Assembly (NCBI RefSeq): GCF_009914755.1
Contig: NC_060925.1
Source of the DNA: the human T2T-CHM13v2.0 reference genome, Homo sapiens
Reading direction: 5' to 3' (one strand)
Length of the DNA stretch: 64,000 nt
Shown here one piece after another: positions 14,783-28,126 of this stretch. The position numbers were made by a program, and so were the translations under genes. Every line of letters starts with the position of its first letter. The first letter of the stretch is position 1. The notes under the pieces are model-generated. The model was not told the DNA's origin. It ran no database searches and saw only the letters and a program-made list of their open reading frames with translations.

Positions 14783-16578
14783 TTTATATATTGTTTTTGC
14801 TATCACCTTTAGAATTTCTTGTCATTGGATAGTTCGTCTGTATACCATTCTGGTCTTCATTCCCCAGGGCCCCCGTTGTCTGATTTTTCTGCTTCTAGAA
14901 CTGTTAGAGGTCACAAAAGCAAGATGGTTGTATCTATCACAATTTTTGTCTGACTTTAACTGGGTATCTGTTACGATTTAGTAGTCATCTTACTGACTTC
15001 TTGTTGGTTTCCAATTGAATCCTCACAGTAGACTGTTTTCATTGTAATCAGTATCGAATTATAGCCTGTTCCCTTCTTCATAAATGAAGGCTTTCTTCTT
15101 CAACAGTTCTTAGTGACTTCACCTGTACTTTATTTCTCTGCTTTGAATATTTCGAAGAAAACATATTCTTGCTCTTTCCCAAGGTTAACACTACATACAT
15201 TACCTTGACCACAGGATGTTTTCTTGCAGATTGTGACCTAATTCCATCACCCTTCAGCAGCCCCCACCGTTTTCATGGATTCAGCTAAACCTTCTGTAAG
15301 ATGACTCTTTTTCCCCCTAATCTTTATATCTCTTTTGATATGTAGCTTTAGTCTCACTTTTTTTCCTTTTGGATTTTGCCAGTTAGATGTCTCCCTGGAA
15401 TTCCACTTCAGCATGGCTAAGACTAAGCTTGTCTTCTCTTTCCTCCCCAAAGCAAATTGTAATTAGGATAGACTGAAGGTGACAGAAGATAACTAAGATC
15501 TTCTTCATCCTTTCGGCTCTTATGGAAGCTGAATTCCAGTAGTCATTCTAAATTTGTTGTATGTCAGCTTATGGTATCTTTTCATGTCTTTACATTCAGC
15601 CAAAGAGGAAGTTCCTTGAAGGGGAGACCAGAGGGCGTGCTGTGCTTCTTAATCCTCTCTTTCTTAACCAGTAAGAGGCATTCAGTAGATATCTGATGAT
15701 ACTGATTAATAGAGGGGAACTTTTCAGATTCTTTTTTTTTTTTAACCCTAGTAAGCTTTAGTACAAACTAAATGCTGAGAGATTATCAAGTAAGGGATTG
15801 ATCATCACAAGAAGACTCAGGATGTTACATCCTGTAGGTTTTATAGTTTCCTATATTGTAAAAAATATGAGTTATAGCAGCTTGTCTGGATGTCATACAG
15901 GTATAAAAATCAGTTTTATAAACTTGAGTAAATTGGGGCCCATTTTAGAAAAAACTCTTGCAGGCTGTGAATGCCAATATATAAGTAAAGTATTAAGTAT
16001 AATGTTATTTAATGTGGGCAAACATAAAGCCAGGTGTAAATTTTTTAGGTTTAAAATCTTATAGAACTATACATCCAAAAGAAAATTTCAAGTTAAACAT
16101 AATACAAAGCAATACAATCTAAATTAACATTAATTTAATGTGATGAATGATATTGCCTTGCTAAAAGTGGGTCACTACTTACAATGTGCAAATGGTACTC
16201 ATCGTTAGGGTATAGATTCTTTTAAACTATGACATACGTACACTACCATGTGGAACGTGATGATGTGTTCTCTGTTCTAACTACTGGGAAGACTTCCTTG
16301 GCATAGCACATGCCATGGGGTCAGTTGGCTTTGACTTCATATAGATATGCCATTTACTTGGTCAGTGTCACTTCTATGACAAGTAGTATGTTGTGCCAGT
16401 TTGATTATAAGTACAAATATGGGCAATGAAGTAACTTGGTTTTAAGGTTGTTACTAAGCTGAGTAACAGTGTGTGGCTATACAAATTTTTATAGGCTATC
16501 AGGAATGAAAACACAGGAGATTGTTGTAGATTCAAGTATTTTAGATTCAAGTTTGAAGATGCTCATGCAGATGTTTAA

Positions 16579-16908
<330 letters not shown>

Positions 16909-17008
16909 GACCTTTATGTTTCTTAACTTTATGCTATACATCAGTTGATATTTCAAAAATTTAAATGGTTTCTATGATTATTCTTTGGGCTAAGAAATTG
17001 GGCATTAA

Positions 17009-17412
<404 letters not shown>

Positions 17413-17624
17413 TAATTTTATGTTAATTTTTTTTTTTTTTTGTCGTCACTAGCTTTTATCTAAAGCCCCTAGAGAGAAAGGCCATGATACCTTGTATACA
17501 AGGTTATAAGAGTATACAAGGGAAAGGGAGGGCTGAAGGGAACAGGGTGGGCTGGTACAAGCCTCATTAGAAATACCATTGAGTCTGTGAGTAAAACATC
17601 ATTATATGAAAAGGAGATGTGGTT

Positions 17625-17660
17625 TTAGGGTGGTCCAATTACTTTTGCACCAGCCTAATA
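17625..17660. mobile_element. MADE1/Hsmar1 inverted-repeat remnant
   Basis: caattacttttgcaccagcctaata matches the Hsmar1 TIR; ttagggtggt resembles a stub of the opposite TIR. Confidence 0.65.
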
Positions 17661-18327
17661 AAATTACAAGTCATTATCAATAGAGACATTGTAAAACCTT
17701 TTTTTTTCCCAAAAGAAGTATCAGGTATGATAATTACATGTCTGCCCAACTTTCGTTATAGATTAACATAACTTAATTGTATTTAAGGTACAATTTAGGA
17801 GAGTTGCTGAAAAATGAATCTTTAGTATTGGGATGCCTTGATTCTACCCTCAATAGCTATAATGGATTATGTGTCTGAGTAGATTAATAAAAATCTTTTG
17901 AGCATTTTTCTTGAACTACTTCACTGAAGATTAGCTTTTTGAGCATCCATTTTAATTTCTCAGTATATAAGGATCGGTTTATCACAACTGTATTGTTTTC
18001 CCTGGCCTTGTTAGATTATATTTTCATATCATGTAGAAAAATAGGTGTATTCGTTCTCCCTTGAAGTCCTTTGTCTCCCAAAGGAAATGGTTGCAATACA
18101 GATGTGTCACCTCTTCCACAGGTAAAGTGGAATGGAGAAGTAGCCAGTTAAATAGTGCATGCTCAATTTGGAACATTTAGAGCATACAGGAAAGTTATTT
18201 ATTTGGTAAATATTTTTTAAGCATTTACTATGTTTCATGCATTGTACTAGTTGTAGAGGATATAATTGAATACAACTACATGTAGCCCTTGACTTTATGG
18301 AACTAGTCTAGTATAAAGATTTAAGAT

Positions 18328-18448
18328 TGCCTGGCATGGTGGCTCACGCCACTAATCCCAGCACTTTGAGAGGCCAAGGCAGGATTGCTTGAGGCCAGAA
18401 GTTTAAGAGTAGCTTGGTCAACATAATGAGACTCCATCTCTAAAATAA

Positions 18449-18449
<1 letters not shown>
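18328..18449 (+). mobile_element. FLAM / Alu left monomer
   Basis: gcctggcatggtggctcacgcc...gagactccatctctaaaa. Confidence 0.85.

Positions 18450-18497
<48 letters not shown>
18450..18497 (+). repeat. (TAGA)12 tetranucleotide microsatellite in the Alu tail
   Basis: Directly visible perfect repeat. Confidence 0.97.
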
Positions 18498-19283
18498 AGT
18501 AGTTAGACAACACAAAGCAGTTTCACTCATCTTGTGGCAAGGAGTTATGTATTTCTAATCAAATTTGGCAACTCAAGCATTTTCAACAAAATCTACATGT
18601 TTTTTCAGAATAAAGTGACCAACACAGAATGTTACCTGTAAAAATCAGAGCAATAATTGCTATCTAAAATAATTTTGAAAATTAAGTGGTACTGAAAGGC
18701 TCATATAGCAAAAATATGGCCTCCTGTCATTGTACTTTCCTACTTCCCAGACTCACCATTTTCAACATTTTTTAGTAGTTTATTTTGCCATTTTATAGCA
18801 TAGTACCTGACATTTTATTTATTCAACAGACATTTCTTAAGTACCTAATACATGCCATTCCTTGTTTGAAGGGATGCTAAGGATACAGTGGTGAACAAGG
18901 CGTTGTGGGGTTGTATAGAGGGTATTCATTCCTAACCTTGAACCAAATATTTCTTTCTGTTGGATAATGCATTAAAAATTGCAAACAGTTTACAAACTTT
19001 TGGAGCAATGGTGGCCTTGATCATAAAGTAGGGACTGCTTCTACCGTATACATGCTTGGTGGTGTATTTGTGATATCTGGCTAAAGTTTCTACATGGAAA
19101 TTGACTGACTTTAGTTTTGAGACTTCTGGGAACCAGTCAGGCAAAATAGTGAAACTGTGTATCCTGTTTCCAAGAGTTGTCTTTTAAGGTTATCTGCTTC
19201 ATTCATTTGGCCTGACTTGCTAGGCAAATGCCTAGGGTAAATATGATTTGATTAACTATAACAACAACAGCAACAACAACAAC

Positions 19284-20215
19284 TTTATTTTTTAGAGCAG
19301 TTTGAGGTTCACAGCAAAATTGAGCAGAATGTACAGAGATTTTCCCTATACCCGCTTCCCCTACGCATGTGCGGCCTCCCCTACTATCAACATCCCCCAC
19401 CAGAGTGGTTTGTTACAATTAATGAACCTACATTGACACATCATTATCACTCAAGGTCCGTAGTTTACATTAGAGTCCACTCTTGGTGTTGTGTATGGGT
19501 TTGGTCGATTTTATAATGACATTTATCCACCATTATAGTGTCATACATAGTAATTTTGCTACCCTAAAAATCCAGTGTGCTCCACCTGTTCCTCCTTCCC
19601 TCCTCCCTCATCCCTGGCAACCACTGAACTTTTTAACATCTCCATAGTTTTGCCTTTTCCAGAATGTCATATCATTGGAATCACACAGTATGCAGCCTTT
19701 TCAAATGGGCTTCTTTCCGTTAGTAATAGGCATTTAAGTTTCATCCTCATCTTTTCATGGCTTGATAGCTCATTTCTTTCCCTCCCTCTTTTCTTCCCTG
19801 TCTTCCTTCCTTCCTCTTCTTTCCTGTTTCCTCTTTCTTCTTCCTTTTTTAAGAGACAAGGTGTCTCACTCTGTTGCCCAGGCTGGAGTGCAGTGGCCCA
19901 ATCATAGCTCATTGCAGCCTTGAATTCCTGGGCTCAAGTGATCCTCCTGCGTTAGCCTCCTGAGTAGCTGGGATCACAGGCTCCAGTCATTTTAGTGCTG
20001 AATAATATTTCATTATCTGGATGTACCGCCTATTCATTCACCTACTGAAGAATATCTTGGTTGCTTCTAAGTTTTGGCAATTATGAGTGAAGTTACTATA
20101 AACATTGTATACAAGTTTTATGTGGATGTATGTTGTCATCTCCCTTGGGCAGATACCAAGGAGTGCCATTGTTGGATCATATGGTAAATATATCTTTAGT
20201 TTTGTACAGAATTCT
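19284..20215 (-). mobile_element. L1MB-type 3' end with embedded Alu monomer (~19845-19982)
   Basis: ttttagagcagtttgaggttcacagcaaaattgagcagaa...; ORF 19667..19912(-) ends in L1 3'-type 'SPFEKAAYCVIPMI'. Confidence 0.85.
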
Positions 20216-20243
20216 AGGTTGGTATTTTTTTCTCTCTCAGTCC

Positions 20244-20533
20244 TTTATTTTATTTGGAGACAGTCTCGCTATGTCGCCCAGGCTGCCATACAGTGGTGCC
20301 ATCTGGGCTCACTGAAACCTCCACCTCCCAGGTTCAAGCGATTCTTGTGCCTTGGCCTCCCAAGTAGCTGGGATTACAGGAGTGCGCCACCACGCCTGCT
20401 AATTTTTGTATTTTTAGTAGAGACAGGGTTTTGCCATGTTGCCCAGGCTGGTCTCAAACTCCTGACCTTAAGTGATTCACCCACCTCAATCTCCCAAAAT
20501 CCTGGGATTACAGGCCTGAGCTACTGTGCCTGA
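20244..20533 (-). mobile_element. Alu
   Basis: Alu antisense. Confidence 0.93.
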
Positions 20534-20569
20534 TCTCTCTCAGTACTTTAAAGAAATATTTCATTCCAC

Positions 20570-20873
<304 letters not shown>

Positions 20874-21064
20874 CACTCTTCTTGCTTACATAGTTTCTGA
20901 GGAGATGTCAGATGTAATTTTTATTTTTGCTCTTCTGTAGGCAAGTTGAGTTTTTTCCCCCTCTAGCTTCTCTCAGGATTTTTTTCTTTATCTTTGATTT
21001 TCAGTAGTTTGAAAATTATATGCCTAGCTGTCAGGGTTTTTTGCTTGTTTGTTTTTGTTTTCTC

Positions 21065-21186
21065 AGGTGTGACTCCAGAAAGGTTCTAAAGAGGAGCTTT
21101 ACAATCTCTTCTCTGGGGTTTATGGAGACTTCCTTTACCCTTCTGTGTTAGCCCCTTAAAGCACTGCGTCAACCTTAAAAGGGCAC
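21065..21186 (-). ncRNA. SNORA26: SNORA26 (HBI-6)-like H/ACA snoRNA retrocopy
   Basis: - strand reads GTGCCCTTTTAAGGTTGACGCAGTGCTTTAAGGGGCTAACACAGAAGGGT-AAAGGA(H box)-AGTCTCCA...TGGAGTC-ACA-CCT; 122 nt, two hairpins; A-rich tail (T-rich on + 21037-21061); family recognised from memory. Confidence 0.85.
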
Positions 21187-22204
21187 AGGAAAGGGTGTCT
21201 ATGCCATTTTTATGCCATTTATCCTGCTTGGTGTTTTCTGAGCTTTCTTCATCTGCGGTTTAATGTCTCACATTAATTTGTAGAAATTCTCTGTCATTGT
21301 TTCAAATTTTTCTTCAGTTCTTTTCTCTGTTTCTTCTTCTGGTGTTCCCATTATGCTTTTGTGGTTGTCGTACAGTTATTGGATATTTTGTTCCAGGCTT
21401 TTTTTTTTCCAGTCTTTTTTTCCTTTTGCTTCTCGGTTTTGTAGGTGTCTGTTGAGATACTCTCAAGTGCAGATATTCTTTCCTCAGCTTTGTCTAGTTT
21501 ACTAATAAGCCCATTAAAGGCAGTCTTCATTTCTGTTACAGTCTTTTTGATCAGTAGCATTTCTTTTTTATTCTTTCTTAAAATTTCTGTCTTTCTGCTT
21601 ACATTGCCCATCTGTTCTTGCATGGTTTCTACTTTGTCCATTAGAGTTCTTAGGATATTTATCATAATTATTTCAAATTTCTGGTGTAACAATTCCAACA
21701 TCCCTGCAACATCCAAGTCTAGTTTCGATGCTTACTGTGTCTCTTCCAGCTGTGTTTTTTCCTATTTAATATGTCTTATAATTTTTTCTTGATAGCCATA
21801 CATGATGCATTAGGTAACAGAAACTGCTGTGAGTGGACCTTTAGTAATGTGGTGGTAAGGTGTGCATGGAGGGGAAACATTTTCAGTCTGTTAGTGAACT
21901 TTTGTCAACTTCACATGTGCTTCTCAAGTCCATCCTGTAAGTGGGAGAGTAGGGCTAGAGAGGACTGAAGTTGGGTATATATTAAATACTTTCTCCTACA
22001 AAGAAGCCTAGAGGGGACGCATTAGGGGATTTTTTTTCCCCCAGTATTCACTGTGATGACCCTTATTGAGCTCCTGGAGGTAAAACTCACAAAACTGTGG
22101 TTCTCCCCCCTGCCCATATTACTACATGTCCCTGGAGTTTATATCTTTCAGACTTGTCTGCACTGAGCTTCCACCAATTTGTCAAATACAGATCAGGTTT
22201 CCCT

Positions 22205-22430
22205 ACCACCCGTGCAGTTGAAAACCCACATACAACTTTTGACTCCTCCAGAGCTTAACTACTCATAGCCTGCTATTGACTGGAAGCCTTGCCAATAACA
22301 TAAACAGTTGATTAATACATATTTTATATGTTTTCTGTATTATATATTGTATTCTTACAATAAAGAGAAAAGAAGATGTTATTAAGAAAATCATAAGGAA
22401 GATAAAATATATTTACTGTTCATTAAGTGG
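22205..22430 (+). mobile_element. Tigger2-family DNA transposon fragment
   Basis: caacttttgactcc...cttaactactcatagcc...ggaagcctt...gttattaagaaaatcataaggaag. Confidence 0.75.
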
Positions 22431-23659
22431 TTCCCATGGGTGCTGGTTCCCATGGAGGTTGCCCCTTGTGAGTTTTTGCTCAGGGAAGTTGTGATTCTCT
22501 ATATTTGCCTGTTGGTCTCCTAATTTGGGAGTCATCAGTTTTCCCTGTGACCTCACTTCTCTTACAGAGTTAAGAACAGTTGTTGGTTTTTCAGTTTGTT
22601 CAGTGTTTTACATGTTGTTAGAACACAGTGGTACTTCTAAGTTTCTTAACATGCTAGATCAGAAACCTGAAGTCTCACCTAATTTGGCTTTTTATATTTT
22701 TTCTTCTTTTTTTTCTTCCATTGCTACCAAAGCATTTTTCATCTGTGTCTGGGGTGACATTAGAGCAGAATGTGATTTCTAGGTAAACATTATTGGGCTC
22801 CCTAGCAGAAAAATTTTTGAAAGTAGTACATGAATTCTGTATAATTAAAATTTTCTTTTCATCTTAATAGGTATAGGTAATAGGCACGGCCTATTTTTTT
22901 TTTGCTCAACAGTCTAAAATAGTAATTTAATCACCTAATAGCCTTAGTTATATAGTTGAAAGAAGAGTTGGAAATCTGATTCATGGGTTGGAAATCACCT
23001 GTCACATATGAGTTTTAGGCACTGGTCACTTTATTTTGAAACAGCTTTGGGGTTTTTTCCTTTTTCAACTCATAATAGGCTTTAACAGCTTTTAGTTTTG
23101 TTTCTGTTTTTTTAACAGCATGAGTTGCCAAATTTGGTTATAGCTTCTTGGTACAAGATGGGTAAATTTGCTTTGTGTTGTGTAATTACTTTTTATTTTA
23201 AATGCTACCTCTTTTATGAACACTAACTTTACACTAAGATTAGGAAAATGAGAATTGCATGTCTGCAACAAATAGCTATCTGTAGTATTAAATTGTGAAA
23301 ATGTAGACTTTGGATTGGAGCTGGCATCTCTTAATATGTAATTGTAACATAGAGTAAATAAGTATTTTGTCCCTTGTAGGGTCAAACAGTACAGTGCATG
23401 GGCAGAATTAGAGATGTAGGCTTTTTTTTTTTTTTTTTTTTTTTACTGGCTTAGAGAACCGTTTGATCAGCTAATATGGAATTAAGTCCCTAGGGCTGCC
23501 CAGGCACAACATTAACTGCTATTAAAGGAAAATTTAAAAGAGTATTAGTGAAGGTTAAATACTGACCATGGACATCTGGCAAAATTGATGTTTTTTTTCC
23601 CCTCCACCATTGTTTATAGTTTATTGTTATTTATCAGAGAATTAATGTTTATTTTCAGA

Positions 23660-24950
23660 ATCTATTACCATAAGAAATCTGTTTGAGGACTTCGTATGTG
23701 CCAGGAATTCTACTAAATAATGATATAATGCTGAACAGAATTAGATAGGATCCTCACTTCGTTAAGCTTACAGTCTAGTGGTATAGATCAACATTAATCA
23801 AAGAATAACACAAATAGAAAGCAGAGCAGTGGTTCATGGGATTGACTGTAGAGAAGCATGAGGGAAGTTCCCAGGTGATGGAAAATACTTTATTTCTTAA
23901 TCGTGGTGGTTACATGTGTGCATATGTTTATGAAAATATATTGTACATTTAAAGTGGATACATTTTATCACATGTAAATTATGACTCTATAAAGTTAATT
24001 AAAAAGAATAACTCAGGTAAGGTGGTGTGTGCGCCTGTAGTCCCAGCTATTTCTGAGGCAGGAAGATCACTTGAGCCCAGGAGTTTGAGTTCAGCATGGG
24101 CAACATGAGACCTGTGAGACTTTGTCTCTAAAAAAATTTAAATAAATAACTAAGATAAATGTAAAATTACAGCTGTAGTAAGTTCTACAAAGGAGAGTTA
24201 CATGGGCTATGACGATGTAAGATAGCAAGAACTGACATTGGCAGGGAGGAAATGATGATGAGTAGAAGTAAATAAGTGAAGTGTGGGGATTGATGTCAAG
24301 GGGACAGTATAAAAGAAATAACAGCATGCGCCAAGGCCCTAAAATTGGAAAGTCCTTGGCAAATTAAAGGAGTTTGAAAAAGGCCATTGTGTGCAAAGCA
24401 GAAAATAGGTACTACAAGGTAAAAGATGGAGCTAAGCGGTAGGTAAGGCTAAACCTTGTCAGCCATTGTTAAATATTGAATTGTATCCTAAGCACAACTC
24501 AGTGGAAAGCAGTTAAAGTTCTTTAATTGGGGGAGGCAATGAAGGGGTAATAAAATTGGTTATAGAAATACTGCTCTGGCTCTAGTGTTGAGAATGAATT
24601 GGAGTAGCCAGAGTAGATTCAAGAAGACTTTAGTAAGATTATTCCAACAGGCCAGGACCTGTTATAGGGTGGTGGCAATGGAGAGAGATGGACAGAATGG
24701 AGAGTGTATTTAGGAGGTAAAAATGACAGAACTTGGTGATGCACTGAATGTGAAATGGGGAAGGTGTCTAGGAGGACTACTAGGTTTATGGTTTGCGTAT
24801 TAGGGTGGATGATAGCAGTTTCATTTACTGAGACAGGGAGCCCTGGCAGAGTACCCAGCTTTTAGAGTGGGTAGGGGGAAGGGGAGAGTGCATCTGGTGT
24901 TGGGCATTTTGAAGTGATTTACATACAACAAACTGAAGGTATCTTTAACA
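23660..24950. mobile_element. Degenerate L2 region with embedded Alu monomer (~24013-24136)
   Basis: L2-like motifs (tgaggacttcgtatgtgccagg, gtatttaggaggtaaaaatgacagaacttggtg). Confidence 0.55.
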
Positions 24951-25539
24951 CTGAGTCCAGCAGGTTAGCATATTTATTCAGCAAGCATTGCACCTTTTTT
25001 TGTTGTTTTTGGGGTCTTCAACTCCTGGCCTCGAATCCTCCCTCCTTCCCCCGCCTCTCCCAGCCTCCGCCTCCCAAAGTGCTGGGATTTCAGGAGTGAG
25101 CCACCGCGCCTGGCCAGCATCGCGCTGTTTGTGCAGTGTGCCCTGTGCTAGGTCTTGCAGTGGGTACCAGTAGAGACATAAAAGTACAAAAGATAATTGG
25201 ACGTTTAGTAGAGTCCTGAAAGGGGGCGGGATAGGAAGATACCTAACCATAAGAAAAACCAGCAAGAGCGGAAAAGGAGCTAGTCCTCCAGATCAATAAG
25301 TTAATCACTTATGTTTGTGATTCCCTGCATTTTGGGTGATTCTCTGTCGAGGTCCTCTTAAGTCCAGACTTTTGATATAATCTGCAGTTTGCGCCATTTG
25401 GATTCCTGAAGCATCTTTACAAGCCACCTACATTCCTTATGGAGCTGTGGCACAACAGCAAGCCCACGATGTCTCACCGGATTAATAAAAATATAGGCGC
25501 TCACGCTTTTGTTTACCGATATAGTATCTCCTCCTCCCC

Positions 25540-26460
25540 TCACTCCATCAACCCCCACGCGACACAACTTTCCGGAAGTAAGCAAAATCCGTTATCAAGG
25601 TGAAACTCCGGGGACCAGGCTCCACAGCTGCCATAAACTGGATGGCATGTTAGAAGCCGGTGGGTGTAGGTGAGGCACGCTGGCGCCCGCGGGCCCTTCT
25701 CCAGCCGCTACCCAGTGGGAATCCGCGGGGCTGAAGCCCCGAAACCAGGCTGAGCGTCCCAGAGCGCAACCTCCCTTTCCCCCAGCAGCGCCGGCGCCGC
25801 AGAAGCCGCGTGTCCCCAGGCGCACTCCCCCAAGGTGAACCCCCGCCCCCCACGGAGGCGGCTGGGTCGCGGGTCTGGGCGGGGCGCTCCGGACGCCCTC
25901 CCGCCGCTGCGCACCCCTCCCGCGAGCTGCCAGCTCCCTCGGCCTCTCCACCCAAAACTGGCCCAACCGCCAATCGTCTGCCTCTCACCTCCTACAGCAG
26001 GTGACCCATGGCCAATCGCCAGGGGTCTCTTTGCCAGGAGCCGCCAGGGCCAGCCAATCGGGGCGACCCCTCCGCCGGGGAGGGGACGGGAAAGGGGTGG
26101 GGGGTGAAGGGGGTGAAGGGGGTGTCCCGGGGGACGGGCTGAACCTCAGTCAGGACCGCCTGCACCGCAGTCCGGGGATCGGGTCGAGGGGAGAAGAAAA
26201 AGGGGTGCTCGGGAGCAGCCCCCGGCTACCTCCCCTGGAGGCACAGAGGGCGGGGGCCTTGGCGAATGGCTTTCTTGCTGGCCACTTGCGGAGTGAGTAG
26301 ACCCCGAGGGTCTGGGAGAGGGGCCGGCCCCTACCCCTGAGTCCCCGGGGTCCCGGCCGCCAGGCCGGAGCGCGAATGTCGTGCTCACCCTGCCTCCTTC
26401 CCGCCGCCCCCTGGGGTGAGTAGGACGACGTGGCTGCCCGGGCCCCTCTTCCTTGGGAGT
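25540..26460 (+). promoter_or_regulatory. OSBPL9: CpG island / internal promoter and alternative first exon of short OSBPL9 isoforms
   Basis: High GC and CpG density in an AT-rich intron; ETS motif CCGGAAGT 25572-25579; CCAAT at 25970, 26012, 26054; GC boxes; GTGAGT donors at 26293 and 26416. Confidence 0.9.
26266..26292 (+). CDS. OSBPL9: Coding part of alternative first exon (MAFLLATCG) of a PH-less OSBPL9 isoform
   Basis: ATG at 26266, 9 codons, then GGA|gtgagt donor in phase 0, in frame with the exon at 41826; lies in the CpG island. Confidence 0.7.
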
Positions 26461-27446
26461 TCTCAGTTCCTCAGCCTAGATGGGGTGGAGGCTGAGGTCA
26501 GGGCCTCCAGTTCCACCGAGAGGGCATTCGCCCCCAAATGAGACTTTGGAGGAGGTCTCTTTTTTTCTATTCATTTTTGTGGAACTCTGTTTTCCTTTTG
26601 AAAGCTGTCTCAGAATATGATTTTAAGCAGAAAAGTTAAGCTTTCTCTTATGTGAAAGCTTAATTTTGACCAGTTGCCCATTAATAGAATCTCCAGTTGC
26701 AGGCCAAGTGTTTTTTGGTGGTGGTTTATTTTTGGCACGGTGTTCGTGCCTGGCCCTGTATTTTTTGTGTATAAAGTAATTACGGATGCTATTGTTTTTG
26801 AGTATGTGTGTCGGGAAGGAGGTGATTTTACGCTTTTTGGGTAGCTTGTGCAAAAATACTGAAAACTTTGGTATAGTTTTATGGGGTTCTTAGCCCAGCC
26901 GAGTTATGGAAAGTTGAGTATAATTAATGGACTAGGAAGCATATTTGAGTAATGCACTTTTTGCTGACATTCATACTGTATTATAAGTATTTGTTATGAA
27001 AGGTTGAGAGATGTATTGAACAAGAAAACCAGTTTTGCTAATTTGAAGTAATACTTTGTTTTGCTTTTTGATTAAACTGTTTACTTTTAGCTGTATTAAG
27101 GAAGTTAAAATCAAGTAATTCCTAGTTTCTCAGTGGAGAAGCTGGAAGCATCTTAGAATAGTAGTTGTAGTTTTAAAAGTTTTTACAGTGAACTTTGAAA
27201 CTGGAAATTCTCACGTAGTTAATTATGAATAATCTCTCTTGAACACTGCCTGTATTGAACTAAGTAGTTGATGAAACCCTTTAATGAATACTGTTAGCAC
27301 CTGTCATTTATTTATACTTTAAATATATTGCTTTACTCCCCCCCACCTTTTTTTTTTTGTGCAGCCCGACAAGAGACAACCTAAATAAAAATACCGTATT
27401 ACCTTTTCTAGTTCAGGGAAGGTGTATGATTAAAAGTCAGATTTGG

Positions 27447-28126
<680 letters not shown>

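Larger units (their letters stand above)
20875..22680 (-). mobile_element. Old L1M ORF1/5' region, interrupted by the snoRNA copy and a Tigger fragment
   Basis: ORF 21351..21716(-) is L1 ORF1p coiled-coil-like (EMKTAFNGLISKLDKAEERISALE). Confidence 0.78.

Noticed and set aside
16130-16500. Non-Alu intronic stretch checked for an RNA gene or exon
   Set aside because: No boxes, splice pair or ORF I could support; probably an old repeat I cannot identify by eye.
21351-21716. 121-aa coiled-coil ORF as a possible domesticated gene
   Set aside because: Matches an L1 ORF1p fragment within decayed L1; no supporting gene structure seen.
25595-26388. Several ORFs in the CpG island
   Set aside because: Expected from high GC content; mostly non-ATG starts and no recognisable domain.
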